From Magnetospirillum sp. (lineage in GTDB: Bacteria; Pseudomonadota; Alphaproteobacteria; Rhodospirillales; Magnetospirillaceae): 64,000 nt of DNA. A program made the translations under genes and the position numbers. The notes under the pieces are model-generated. The model was given only the letters and a program-made list of their open reading frames with translations. It had not been told where the DNA came from and did no database searches. The DNA is taken from positions 176,588 through 240,587 of the forward strand of contig JANQAI010000013.1 of the NCBI GenBank assembly GCA_024707145.1, read 5' to 3'. Of this stretch, positions 39,158 through 48,928 are shown piece after piece; within the stretch, counting starts at the first letter, position 1, and every line of letters begins with the position of its first letter.

Positions 39158-40935
39158 TGCTCTCGCTCGACATCGCCACCCTGTCGGCCGGCTATGCCGA
39201 CGGCTCGCTGACCCCGGAACGGGTGCTGGACGAGGTCTATGCCCGCATTGCGGCCAAAGGCGAGCGCCCGGTGTGGATCACCCTGCTGCCCAAGGAAGCC
39301 GCCCTGGCCCGCCTCAAGGCCGCGCCCAGGGGGCGGCTGTGGGGCATTCCCTTTGCGGTGAAGGACAATATCGACGTGGCCGGCCTGCCCACCACCGCCG
39401 GCTGCCCCGACTTCGCCACTACCCCCGGCCGCTCGGCCACGGTGGTGGAGCGGCTGGAGGCGGCCGGCGCCATCCTGATCGGCAAGACCAACCTCGACCA
39501 GTTCGCCACCGGCCTGGTGGGCACCCGCAGCCCCTACGGCATCTGCTCGTCGGTCTTCAGCGCCGAACACGTGTCGGGCGGCTCGTCCTCCGGCTCCGGC
39601 GTGGCGGTGGCGGCGGGGCTGGTGTCGTTCTCGCTGGGCACCGACACCGCCGGCTCGGGGCGGGTGCCGGCGGCCTTCAACAACGTGGTCGGCCTCAAGC
39701 CCACCAAGGGGCTGATCAGCGCCAGGGGCGTGGTGCCGGCCTGCCGCAGCCAGGATTGCGTCTCGGTGTTCGCCGGCACGGTCGCCGATTCGCTGACGGT
39801 GCTGCAGGTGGCCGCCGCCTTCGACGGCGAGGACGCCTATTCCCGCCCGGCACCCGCCGCCGCCACGGCGCCGGTGGCGCCGGCCACGGGGTTCCGCTTC
39901 GGTGTGCCCATGGCCGGGCTGGAATTCTTCGGCGACGGCGAGGCCGCCAGCCTGTACCGCCAAGCCATCGCCCGGCTGGAATCCCTGGGCGGCGTCAAGG
40001 TGGACCTGGACTTCACGCCGTTCCGCGAGGCGGCGCGGCTGCTCTATTCCGGCCCGTGGGTGGCCGAGCGGCTGGCCGCCATCCGCGCCTTCGCCGAGAA
40101 CCATCCCGAGTCCATTCACGAGGTGGTGCGCGGCATCATCCTGGGAGCCAAGGGCATCGGCGCCGCCGACGGCTTTCTCGGCTTCTACAAGCTGGCGGAG
40201 TACATCCGCGAAGCCGAGGCGCAATGGGCCGGCATGGACGTGATGCTGCTGCCTACCACCGGCACCATCTACCGCATCGACGAGGTGCTGGCCGATCCGG
40301 TCCGGCTGAACAGCAACCTGGGCACCTACACCAATTTCGTCAACCTGATGGATTTGTCGGCGCTGGCGGTGCCGTCGGGCTTCCGCGCCAACGGCCTGCC
40401 CTTCGGTGTCACCCTGATCGGGCGCGCCTTCGAGGACGGCCGGCTGGCCGTCCTGGGCGACCGCCTGCACCGTGCGCTGGCCGATGCCTCCATCGGCGGC
40501 ACCGGCCTGCCCCTGGGGCAGAGTCCGGCGGTGGTCCCGGTGCCGGCGCCCGACCGGGTGGCGGTGGCCGTGGTGGGCGCCCATCTGGCCGGCCAACCGC
40601 TGCATTCCCAATTGGTGGAACGCCGCGCCCGGCTGCTCGCCACCACCCGCACGGCGCCGGGCTACAGCTTCTACGCCCTGGCCGGCACGGTGCCGGCCAA
40701 GCCGGGGCTGGTGTTCGACGGCAAGGGGGCGGGGAACATCGAGGTGGAGGTCTACGAGATGGACCACGCGGCCTTCGGCAGCTTCGTCGCGCTGATCCCG
40801 CCGCCCTTGGGCATCGGCACCCTGACCCTGGCCGACGGCTCGCAGGTCAAGGGCTTCCTGTGCGAGGCCCATGCGGTCGAGGGCGCCACCGACATCACCG
40901 GTTGTGGCGGCTGGCGCAACTGGCTGAAGCGGTGA
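39154..40935 (+). CDS. atzF: Allophanate hydrolase
   Basis: [46 protein letters not shown]; C-domain [20 protein letters not shown]. Confidence 0.95.
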   Translation: MMLSLDIATLSAGYADGSLTPERVLDEVYARIAAKGERPVWITLLPKEAALARLKAAPRGRLWGIPFAVKDNIDVAGLPTTAGCPDFATTPGRSATVVERLEAAGAILIGKTNLDQFATGLVGTRSPYGICSSVFSAEHVSGGSSSGSGVAVAAGLVSFSLGTDTAGSGRVPAAFNNVVGLKPTKGLISARGVVPACRSQDCVSVFAGTVADSLTVLQVAAAFDGEDAYSRPAPAAATAPVAPATGFRFGVPMAGLEFFGDGEAASLYRQAIARLESLGGVKVDLDFTPFREAARLLYSGPWVAERLAAIRAFAENHPESIHEVVRGIILGAKGIGAADGFLGFYKLAEYIREAEAQWAGMDVMLLPTTGTIYRIDEVLADPVRLNSNLGTYTNFVNLMDLSALAVPSGFRANGLPFGVTLIGRAFEDGRLAVLGDRLHRALADASIGGTGLPLGQSPAVVPVPAPDRVAVAVVGAHLAGQPLHSQLVERRARLLATTRTAPGYSFYALAGTVPAKPGLVFDGKGAGNIEVEVYEMDHAAFGSFVALIPPPLGIGTLTLADGSQVKGFLCEAHAVEGATDITGCGGWRNWLKR

Positions 40936-40942
40936 AGGAAAC

Positions 40943-40970
40943 GGGCGGCCCGGGGTTCCCCGGGCCGCCC
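40943..40970 (+). terminator. Probable intrinsic terminator after atzF
   Basis: Perfect inverted repeat GGGCGGCCCGGGG-TT-CCCCGGGCCGCCC 7 nt after the stop, followed by TATCTCT. Confidence 0.65.
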
Positions 40971-40985
40971 TATCTCTAGAACCAT

Positions 40986-41081
40986 TGTCATCCTGAGGCG
41001 AAGCCTGGTGTGGCCTGTGCCGGGTCCGACCCGGTGTGCCAGGCGGAGATCCCTCGGTCACACCGCTCCTTCGGGATGACA
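40986..41081. repeat. TGTC-tagged palindromic/MITE-like element
   Basis: Terminal inverted repeats TGTCATCCTGAGG ... CTTCGGGATGACA with internal hairpin CCGGGTCCGACCCGG; between convergent genes. Confidence 0.65.
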
Positions 41082-41089
41082 GGAGGTCG

Positions 41090-41791
41090 TCACGCCAGAT
41101 CGAACAGCAGGAACTCGCTGTCCGCCTGGGCGGCGATGTCCAGCCGTTCCACGTCTTCCACCGCCAGGCCGTCACCGCCCTTCATGGCGCTGCCGTTGAC
41201 GGTCAGGGCGCCGTCCACCACCTGGACCCAGGCGCCGCGCCCGGCCGCCAGCTTGTGCGTCACCGTGGCGCCTTGGTCCAGCAGGCTGGCGTAGACCCAG
41301 GCGTCCTGGTGCAGCGGCAGGGTGCCGCCGGCTCCGTCCGGTGCGGCGATGACCGCCAGCCGGTTGCGCTTGTCCGCCTCGGGGATGGCGCGCTGGTCAT
41401 AGGACGGCGGCAGGCCCTCGGCCGGCGGCAGGATCCAGATCTGCAGGAAGCGCACCTCCTCCTGGCGCGAGCCGTTGTATTCGCTGTGGCGTAGGCCGGT
41501 GCCGGCCGACATCACCTGCACGTCGCCCCGGCGCAGCACGCCCTTGCCGCCGGTGGTGTCCTCGTGGGCCAGGGCGCCGCGCACCACGTAGCTGACGATC
41601 TCCATGTCGCGGTGGCCGTGGGTGGCGAAGCCGGCGCCCGGCCGTACCACGTCGTCGTTGATCACCCGTAGCGAGCGGAAGCCCATGTGCGCGGGGTCGT
41701 AGTAATGGGCGAACGAGAAGGTGTGGAAGCTGTCCAGCCAGCCGTGGTTGGCATGTCCACGGGCTTCCGAGGGGCGCAGAGCGATGGTCAT
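41090..41791 (-). CDS. Pirin family protein (YhhW-like)
   Basis: HGWLDSFHTFSFA, LRVINDD, HGHRDMEI, MSAGTGLRHSE, LQIWI. Confidence 0.93.
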   Translation of the reverse strand: MTIALRPSEARGHANHGWLDSFHTFSFAHYYDPAHMGFRSLRVINDDVVRPGAGFATHGHRDMEIVSYVVRGALAHEDTTGGKGVLRRGDVQVMSAGTGLRHSEYNGSRQEEVRFLQIWILPPAEGLPPSYDQRAIPEADKRNRLAVIAAPDGAGGTLPLHQDAWVYASLLDQGATVTHKLAAGRGAWVQVVDGALTVNGSAMKGGDGLAVEDVERLDIAAQADSEFLLFDLA

Positions 41792-41845
41792 GGCGGTTCT
41801 CCCGTCAGGGGCGGGCGCGAGGGGCGCGCCCGCCGGGTTGAAGAT

Positions 41846-42316
41846 TTAGAGTTCGCGGCCGATCAGGGCGTCCGCCGAGTAGCGCCCGCCGCCCCGCAGG
41901 ACGAAGGACAGGGCCACCAGCGCCCACATCAGCGGGTATTCGTAGCCGCCTGAGGTCCAGAAGAAGCCGGCGCCCAGGTGCACCTGCAGGACGGCGACCG
42001 CCATCAGGCCGAACACCAGGCCGGCGACGGCGCGGGTGGCCAGGCCGGCGGCGAGCGCCAGGCCGCCGAAGAACTCGATCACGCCGGCCAGCAGGGCCAG
42101 GGCCGGCGGCAGGCCCAGCTTGGCGGCGAAGAACTGGCCGGTGGCTTCCAGGCCGTAGCCGCCGAACCAGCCGAACAGCTTCTGCGCGCCATGGGGAACC
42201 AGCAGCAGGCCGGCGGTGACGCGCACCAGCGGCTCGGCCAGGGGGGACAGGGTGTCGGTCAGCGGACGCAGGGCGGGGACCAGCGGCTGGGCGGCGGAGG
42301 TACGGGCGAGGGACAT
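41846..42316 (-). CDS. DoxX family membrane protein
   Basis: PHGAQKLFGWFGGYG, EFFGG, GGYEYPL, GGGRYSAD. Confidence 0.9.
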   Translation of the reverse strand: MSLARTSAAQPLVPALRPLTDTLSPLAEPLVRVTAGLLLVPHGAQKLFGWFGGYGLEATGQFFAAKLGLPPALALLAGVIEFFGGLALAAGLATRAVAGLVFGLMAVAVLQVHLGAGFFWTSGGYEYPLMWALVALSFVLRGGGRYSADALIGREL

Positions 42317-42434
42317 GGCGAAACTCCTTGTTTCAGGGGCCGGGCCGTCCCGGCGTCTGACCGGGATTTAGCCTTGATCCCTCCAAAACAACAATTCACC
42401 TTGTTCGAACTATATTGTTGTCAATGGAGCAACG

Positions 42435-43350
42435 ATGATGGATCGGTTCGCAGTGCTGGAGGCCTTCGTGCGGGTCGCGGAAAGCCGTTCGTTTTCCGAG
42501 GCGGCACGGCGGCTGCGCCTGTCCAAGTCGGTGGTCAGCCGGCAGGTGTCGGCCCTGGAGGCCGAGCCTGGGCGCGCGGCTGTTCCACCGCACCACCCGC
42601 TCGTTGACGCTGACCGAGGCGGGCGCGGGCTATTACCAGCGGGCCCAGCGCCTGCTGGCCGATCTGGCGGAGGCCAATGCCTCGGTCACCAGCCTGCAGG
42701 CGGCGCCGCGCGGCCGGCTGCGGGTCAACGCGCCCATGAGCTTCGGCTTCCTGCACCTGGCGCCGGCCATCCCCGACTTCCTGGCCCGCTATCCCGAGGT
42801 GGACATCGACATGACCATGAACGACCGCTACGTGGACCTGGTGGAGGAAGGCTTCGACGTGGCGGTGCGCCTGGGCCGGCTGGGCGATTCCAGCCTGGTG
42901 GCCCGGCGCATCGCCCCCATGCGCCGGGTGGTGTGCGCCAGCCCCGCTTACCTGGCCCGTCGCGGCGTGCCGCAGGACCCGGCCGAGCTGGCCGGACACG
43001 ACTGCCTGAGCTACGGCAACGCCACCTCGACCAATGACTGGCCTTTCGTCACGGCCGAGGGCCAGCCCTGGGCGGTGGAGGTGTCGGGGCCGCTGCGCAC
43101 CAACAACGGCGACGCCCTGCGGGCGGCGGCGCTGCGGGGGCTGGGGCTGATCTACCTGCCCACCTTCATCGTCGGCGGCGACCTGCAGGCGGGCACCCTG
43201 GTCTCGGTGCTGGACCGCCACGTGCCGCAGGATTCGGCCATGCACGCGGTCTATCCCCATGCGCGCCACCTGTCGCCCAAGGTGCGGGCCTTCGTGGATT
43301 TCCTGGCCGAACGGTTTGGGCCGCGCCCCTATTGGGACTTGGTGGAATAA
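42435..43350 (+). CDS. LysR family regulator; apparent +1 frameshift at 42567-42568
   Basis: HTH FSEAARRLRLSKSVVSRQVSALEAE, then other frame LGARLFHRTTRSLTLTEAG...DLVEEGFDVAVR...SPKVRAFVDFL. Confidence 0.88.
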
Positions 43351-43429
43351 AGGCCGGGACGCGGAGAACCGGGCGGGCGGTGGTGCCGTTGGTGGGGTGT
43401 AGCCCACCCCCCGCCAGGAGCCTCAGCCT

Positions 43430-43834
43430 ATGCATGCCCGTCAGATGCTCACCACCCATCCCCATGTTCGCGGCAGCGCCAACGATGCCCTGATCACCTG
43501 TATCGAGGAATGTTTCGACTGCGCCCAGACCTGCGTGACCTGTGCCGACGCCTGCCTGGGCGAGCCCGATGTGGCGGACCTGGTTCAGTGCATCCGCCTG
43601 AACCAGGATTGTTCCGACGTCTGCGCGGCGGCGGGGGCGGTGGCGACCCGGCGCAGCGGCTCCAACGAGGGCGTCATCCGCGCCATGCTGGAGGCCTGCC
43701 AGACCGCCTGTTCCCTGTGTGCCGAGGAGTGCGAGCGCCACGCCGGCTCCCACGACCATTGCCGCATCTGCGCCGCCGAGTGCCGGGCTTGCGAAGAGGC
43801 CTGCCGCAAGGCGCTGCAAAGCCTGCGGAACTGA
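43430..43834 (+). CDS. Four-helix-bundle copper-storage protein, Csp3-like (DUF326)
   Basis: 134 aa with 18 Cys in CxxxC/CxxC spacing, HDHCRICAAECRACEEAC, no signal peptide. Confidence 0.85.
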   Translation: MHARQMLTTHPHVRGSANDALITCIEECFDCAQTCVTCADACLGEPDVADLVQCIRLNQDCSDVCAAAGAVATRRSGSNEGVIRAMLEACQTACSLCAEECERHAGSHDHCRICAAECRACEEACRKALQSLRN

Positions 43835-43855
43835 TCAGGCGCCCCCTGCTCCTTC

Positions 43856-43951
43856 CGTCATGGCCGGGTTCGACCCGGCCATCCACGCCTTTCCGCGGGC
43901 ACGACGCCAGACGGGGCCACGTGGATGCCCGGAACAAGTCCGGGCATGACG
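43856..43951. repeat. CGTC-tagged palindromic repeat dimer
   Basis: CGTC-ATGGCCGGGTTCGACCCGGCCATCCAC ... GTGGATGCCCGGAACAAGTCCGGGCAT-GACG between convergent genes. Confidence 0.85.
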
Positions 43952-43976
43952 TCGGAGCGGGCCGATTACAAGCTGC

Positions 43977-44714
43977 TCAGGCGAAGCCGCCGTTGGCGCG
44001 CAGCACCTGTCCGTTGACCCAGCCGCCGTCGGGCCCCAGCAGGAACGACACCACGCCGGAGATGTCTTCCGGCTGGCCCAGGCGCTCCAGCGGCGCTGCC
44101 TTGGCTAGCTGGGCCACCAGTTCGTCGCTCTTGCCGGTGAGGAACAGTTCGGTCGCCACCGGGCCGGGGGCGACGGCGTTGACGGTGACCGAGCGGCCGC
44201 GCATCTCGTTGGCGAGCACCCGCACCAGCCCCTCCACGCCCGCCTTGGTGGCGATATAGGCGCCGTAACTGGGCAGGGATTTGGCGATCACGCTGGTGGA
44301 GAAGGCGACGATGCGCCCGCCTTCGCCCACATGGCGGGCCGCCCGGCTCAGCACCAGGAAGGTGCCGCGCAAATTGGTGGCGACCAGCCGGTCGAAGGCG
44401 GCCACGTCACCGGCGGCGATGGGGGAATTAGCCATCAGGCCGGCGTTGTTGACCACCGCGTCCAGCCGGCCGAAGCGCTCCAGCACGGCCTGGAACAGGC
44501 GGTCCACCGCCGCCTCCTCGCCGATATCGGCCTGCACCGCGATGGCTTCGCCACCCGCGGCGGCGATCTGCGCCACCACGGCGTCGGCCTTGGCCGCATT
44601 GCCGGCATAATTGACCGCCACGGCAAAGCCGTCGGCGGCCAGCCGGCAGGCAATCTCGGCCCCGATGCCGCGCGAGGCGCCGGTGACCAGGGCAACCTTC
44701 CGGGATGAGTTCAT
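43977..44714 (-). CDS. SDR family oxidoreductase
   Basis: VTGASRGIG, NNAG, YIATK (YxxxK), VNAVAPGP, WVNGQVLRANGG. Confidence 0.92.
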   Translation of the reverse strand: MNSSRKVALVTGASRGIGAEIACRLAADGFAVAVNYAGNAAKADAVVAQIAAAGGEAIAVQADIGEEAAVDRLFQAVLERFGRLDAVVNNAGLMANSPIAAGDVAAFDRLVATNLRGTFLVLSRAARHVGEGGRIVAFSTSVIAKSLPSYGAYIATKAGVEGLVRVLANEMRGRSVTVNAVAPGPVATELFLTGKSDELVAQLAKAAPLERLGQPEDISGVVSFLLGPDGGWVNGQVLRANGGFA

Positions 44715-44810
44715 GGCGTCCTCCTGTCTGTCCATGGACTAAACCATGGCGCCTCCGGCATTGTTTGGTAAGCTGCACATTGGTGAATGGCCTGTGCAGA
44801 GAGATGAACA

Positions 44811-45701
44811 ATGCGCCCGGTTCCTTTGAACGATCTGGAAGCCTTCGCCGCCGTCGCCCGCCGCCGCAGTTTCCGCCGGGCGGCGGCCGAGCGCGGGGTG
44901 TCGGCATCCCTGCTCAGCCAGACCGTGCGCCGGCTGGAGGAACGGCTGGGGGTGGCGCTGCTGCTGCGCACCACCCGCAGCGTGTCGCTGACCCAGGCCG
45001 GTGAGGTGCTGCTGGCCGGGCTCGACCCCGCCCTGGCCCGCATCGACCAGGCGGTCGAAGCCCTGAACGACCTGCGGGGGCGGCCGTCGGGGCGGCTGCG
45101 CCTCAACGCGCCGCTGCCGGTGGTCCATCTGACCCTGGCGCCCTTGGCCGCCGGCTTCATGGCCGCCTATCCGGACGTCCAGCTGGAAATCACCGCCGAC
45201 GACGCCTTCAGCGACGTGCTGGGCCAGGGCTTCGACGCCGGGGTGCGCTTCGGCGAGGACATGGCCCAGGACATGGTGACCGTGCCGCTGCATCGCCCCT
45301 GCCGCCGGCTGGTGGTGGCGGCGCCGGCCACCGTGGAGCGGGTGGGACGGCCCCGCACGCCGCGCGACCTGGCCGGCCTCGGCCTGATCGCCCACCGCTT
45401 CCCCGGCGGTGCCATCTACGGCTGGGAATTCGCCAAGGAGGGCGAGGCGCTGACGGTGACGCCCACGGGATCGCTGGTGTGCAACGATCCCCTGCTGCAG
45501 GTGCGGGCCGCGCTGGACGGCGCCGGCTTCGCCTTCGTGTTCGAGGAGTACGTGCGGGCCGAGGTGGATGCCGGCCGGCTGGTTTCGGTGCTGGAGGACT
45601 GGGCCGCGCCCATGCCGGCGCCGTTCCTCTACTTCTCCAGCCGGCGCACCGTGTCGGCACCGCTGAGGGCGTTCATCGACTACGTGCGGGCTAGGTCCTG
45701 A
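44811..45701 (+). CDS. LysR family transcriptional regulator
   Basis: SFRRAAAERGVSASLLSQ, LRTTRSVSLT, GFDAGVRFGE; divergent from the SDR. Confidence 0.92.
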   Translation: MRPVPLNDLEAFAAVARRRSFRRAAAERGVSASLLSQTVRRLEERLGVALLLRTTRSVSLTQAGEVLLAGLDPALARIDQAVEALNDLRGRPSGRLRLNAPLPVVHLTLAPLAAGFMAAYPDVQLEITADDAFSDVLGQGFDAGVRFGEDMAQDMVTVPLHRPCRRLVVAAPATVERVGRPRTPRDLAGLGLIAHRFPGGAIYGWEFAKEGEALTVTPTGSLVCNDPLLQVRAALDGAGFAFVFEEYVRAEVDAGRLVSVLEDWAAPMPAPFLYFSSRRTVSAPLRAFIDYVRARS

Positions 45702-46875
45702 TCAGCCCGGCCAGCGGCGCGACACCGGCGCTGTGCGGGAACACGGTGGTGTCGAGCGTCGCCGGGCCGACGCCCAGATGGTCCCGCAGGACCGCCTTCA
45801 GCACGGCGCGCAGGTCGGTGGTGGGGCGCAGGTCGCGGCCCTGGTACAGCGCGTTGGGGGCCAGTCCCGGCCACTGGCCGAGGACGGCGCCGCCGGCCAC
45901 ACGGCCGCCCATGACCAGCGCCACGCCGCCGGTGCCGTGGTCGCTGCCGCCGGTGCCGTTGGCGGCCACCGTGCGGCCGAATTCGCTGACCGCCACCACC
46001 ACGGCGTCGCGCCAGGCGGGGCCCAGCGCCTTGGCCAGGGCGTCCAGCCCGCCGGCCAGCCGGGCCAGGGAATCGGCCATGCGGCCCTGGGTGAGGCCCT
46101 GGCCGGCATGGGTGTCCCAGCCGCCCAGTTCCAGCACTGCCACCCGCGGGCCCTCGGCGGCGGCCAGCAGATGGCCGGCGGCGTGGGCCAGGGCCGGAAA
46201 GTCGCGCAGCCTGCCCCGGACGGGCGGTTCGTCTGCCATGGCTTCGCCGGCTGTGACATTGGCCTGGACGCCCTCTTCGAACGCGGTCGCCAGCAGGGCA
46301 TCGCCGGCATAGAGGGCGGCCACCTTCTCGACCAGTCCGGCCGGCAGGCCGGGCAGAGGCGAGGGCGCCCAGGACGAGGCCGGGGTCGCGCCGCGCAGGA
46401 TCAGCGGCAGCCCCTGCGCCACCGCCAGGGCGACGCCCCGGCCGGCCCCCAGGCTGTCCAGGGCGCGGTTGAGCCAGCCGTCCGACAGCTCGTGCGGTCG
46501 GGTACCGCCGCCCTCCAGCATGTCCTGGCCGTCGAAATGCGAGCGCTCACGATAGGGCGAGGCGACGGCGTGGACGATGGCCAGTTCGCTCCCCTGCCAA
46601 TAGGGCAGCAGCGGCGCCAGGGCGGGGTGCAGGGCGAACGGTGCCTCCAGCGGCAGGACTTCGCCCTCCGGCAGGGCGAGGCTGCCCCGCGCCTGGGCGT
46701 AGTCGGGGTCGCGGATGGGCGGCACCGCGTGCAGGCCGTCCAGGCCGCCGCGCAGCAGCACGACCACCAGCCGGCGCCCGCCGGGCAGGGCTGCTACCGA
46801 CAGGCCGGGCACCAGCCCCAGCAGCAGGCCGGCACCGGCGCCGGCCAGAAGCTCGCGGCGGCTGGGCATGCTCAT
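45691..46875 (-). CDS. DUF1501 family protein (Tat signal)
   Basis: SRRELL, VVLLRGGLDGL, RSHFDGQ, GGWDTH, SEFGRT, GSDHGTG. Confidence 0.88.
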   Translation of the reverse strand: MSMPSRRELLAGAGAGLLLGLVPGLSVAALPGGRRLVVVLLRGGLDGLHAVPPIRDPDYAQARGSLALPEGEVLPLEAPFALHPALAPLLPYWQGSELAIVHAVASPYRERSHFDGQDMLEGGGTRPHELSDGWLNRALDSLGAGRGVALAVAQGLPLILRGATPASSWAPSPLPGLPAGLVEKVAALYAGDALLATAFEEGVQANVTAGEAMADEPPVRGRLRDFPALAHAAGHLLAAAEGPRVAVLELGGWDTHAGQGLTQGRMADSLARLAGGLDALAKALGPAWRDAVVVAVSEFGRTVAANGTGGSDHGTGGVALVMGGRVAGGAVLGQWPGLAPNALYQGRDLRPTTDLRAVLKAVLRDHLGVGPATLDTTVFPHSAGVAPLAGLIRT

Positions 46876-48164
46876 CTCCTCTGGAAGTCGCGGCTGGCAA
46901 GGATGAGGAACAGGGCCTCGGCCTTGGTGGCGGCGCCGGACACGATGCGGCGGGTGGCTTCGGACAGATCGGCGTCGGGCCACAGGAAATGGCCGCGCCG
47001 GGCCAAAGCGGGGGCGGCCTTGCGCGCCCATTCCAGCCGCAGCATCAGCGCCTCGGGCGCCGCCCAGGCCTCGGCCCGGTCGGGCCAGCCGGCGGGCGAG
47101 GGGGCGGCCCAGGGCGTCTGCCCCATCACCGCCAGCGAGCTCACCAGCGCCCTGTCCTCGGCTTCGGGGGCGCCGCCGAAGGCGCGCAGGGTGGCGGCCA
47201 GCAGGTCGTCGGGCGCGCGCATCTTGACCAGCGGCTCGGCCCAGGCCTCGTCGCCCTCCACCAGCAGGCGGGTGACCTCGCCCAGGTCGCCGTCGCTGTC
47301 CAGGTAGCGCCGCACCAGCCGGTCGACCAGGGCGGGTGGCGGGTCGTCCGCCACGTAATGGCGAGCCAGCCTGGTGGCGACCATGCGGGCGGTGGCGGGA
47401 TGGCGGGCCAGCATTTCCAGGGCGCGGTCGCCCTCGGCCTCGCCGGCCTCGTGGAAGGCGATCCCCAGCACGGTCTTGGCACCCGGTTGGTGCAGGCGCG
47501 GCGCGAAGCGGAAACCGCCGGCTTCGGCATCCAGGGTCCAGCCGGTGAGGATGCGGGCCAGATGCTCCACGTCCGCCTGGGAATAGCCGCCGTCCGGACC
47601 CAGAGTGTGCAGTTCCATCAGTTCGCGCGCCAGGTTCTCGTTCAGGCCGCGGCCATGCCGCTCCCCCGCCGCCGATTGCGGGCCGATGGAACGGGCGTTG
47701 TCCAGGTACAGCAGCATGGCCGGGTGGCGCACCACGGCCCGCAGCATGTGCAGGAAACGGCCGGTGACATGGGGGCGGATGGCCTCGCGCTCGAAGGCGC
47801 CGGCCAGCGGCAGCACCGCCGGCCGCTGCACCGAGATGGTGAAATGGTTGCTCCACAACCGCACCAGCCGCTCGCGTGCCGGCGTGGCGCTCAGCGCGCC
47901 GGCACGGGTGCGCGCTGCCGCCTCGGCCATGTAGTCCTGGCGCAGGGATTTGCGGGCGTCGGGATCCTTGTCGCGGCGGGCCTTGAGCGCGCGCACCAGC
48001 AGGGTGGCGGAATCGGCGAAGCGGTCCAGGCCGGGTGCGGCGTCGGGCTGGGCCAGTTGGGCCAGGACCCAGCCGCGCGGGTCGCCGGTAATGGCCGCCC
48101 GATCCCCCGGCGCCATGCCCATGGCGAAACGGTTGGCGGCAATATGGGCGTCGTCGCGGGGCAT
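46872..48164 (-). CDS. DUF1800 family protein
   Basis: ERLVRLWSNHF, HPAMLLYLDN, NENLARELMELHTLG, ARILTGW, PAGWPD. Confidence 0.88.
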   Translation of the reverse strand: MPRDDAHIAANRFAMGMAPGDRAAITGDPRGWVLAQLAQPDAAPGLDRFADSATLLVRALKARRDKDPDARKSLRQDYMAEAAARTRAGALSATPARERLVRLWSNHFTISVQRPAVLPLAGAFEREAIRPHVTGRFLHMLRAVVRHPAMLLYLDNARSIGPQSAAGERHGRGLNENLARELMELHTLGPDGGYSQADVEHLARILTGWTLDAEAGGFRFAPRLHQPGAKTVLGIAFHEAGEAEGDRALEMLARHPATARMVATRLARHYVADDPPPALVDRLVRRYLDSDGDLGEVTRLLVEGDEAWAEPLVKMRAPDDLLAATLRAFGGAPEAEDRALVSSLAVMGQTPWAAPSPAGWPDRAEAWAAPEALMLRLEWARKAAPALARRGHFLWPDADLSEATRRIVSGAATKAEALFLILASRDFQRR

Positions 48165-48292
48165 GGCATCTCCTGGTGGCCCCCGGTTGTGACACACGAT
48201 TATGGCGGAAGCGTGGACGCCAAGGTCGGGTTCGGCTTGCGGCGCGGCCCGGCTTGGGGAAGAGTCATGGGCCGCATGCGAAGGAGAATGCG

Positions 48293-48928
48293 ATGACCGA
48301 GGCGCGGGCCTGGGTATTGCTGCGGTCGAAGCGCCGTTTCGACCTGTTGAACCCCACCCCCTTCGATTGGGAATTGTTCGATCTGGCCGAGGGCGAGGCG
48401 CGCACCTTCCGCTGGGGCGGCTCGTCGGTGTGGGACTGGCCCATGTCGGTGGCCCAGCACAGTTTGCTGACGCTGGAAATCCAGCGCCAGGGCGCCCCCA
48501 ACGGCATCGCTCCGGCGCTGGAGCTGGCCAATCTGGTGCATGATGGCTCGGAAGCGCTGGGTGTGCGTTGGGACCCCATCACCCCGGTGAAGCCGTTCCT
48601 GGGCGAAGGCTTCCACCGCATGGACCGCGCCATCCAGCGCGCCATCCACATCCGCCTGGGCCTGCCCGGCGACCTGCCGGTTGAATGGAAGAAGGCCATC
48701 AAGGACGCCGACCGCCGCGCCGCCGCCGGCGAGGCCCTGCACGTGGCCGGATGGAGCCGCGAGGAAATCCGCTCCACCCTGAAGATTCGGCTGGCCCCGC
48801 TGGAGGCCGACCCGCTGGTGCGCCGTTACGGCGGCAAGCCGTGGGAGCCCTGGCCCATGCGGGTGGCCGAGGAACGCTTCCTCGATGAGCTGGAACGGCT
48901 GCACCGGCTATCGGGAATTGGCGTCTAA
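48293..48928 (+). CDS. HD-domain phosphohydrolase (YfbR-like)
   Basis: RWGG, SVAQHS, LVHDGSEA, DPITPVKP, KDAD; AAGGAG RBS. Confidence 0.78.
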   Translation: MTEARAWVLLRSKRRFDLLNPTPFDWELFDLAEGEARTFRWGGSSVWDWPMSVAQHSLLTLEIQRQGAPNGIAPALELANLVHDGSEALGVRWDPITPVKPFLGEGFHRMDRAIQRAIHIRLGLPGDLPVEWKKAIKDADRRAAAGEALHVAGWSREEIRSTLKIRLAPLEADPLVRRYGGKPWEPWPMRVAEERFLDELERLHRLSGIGV

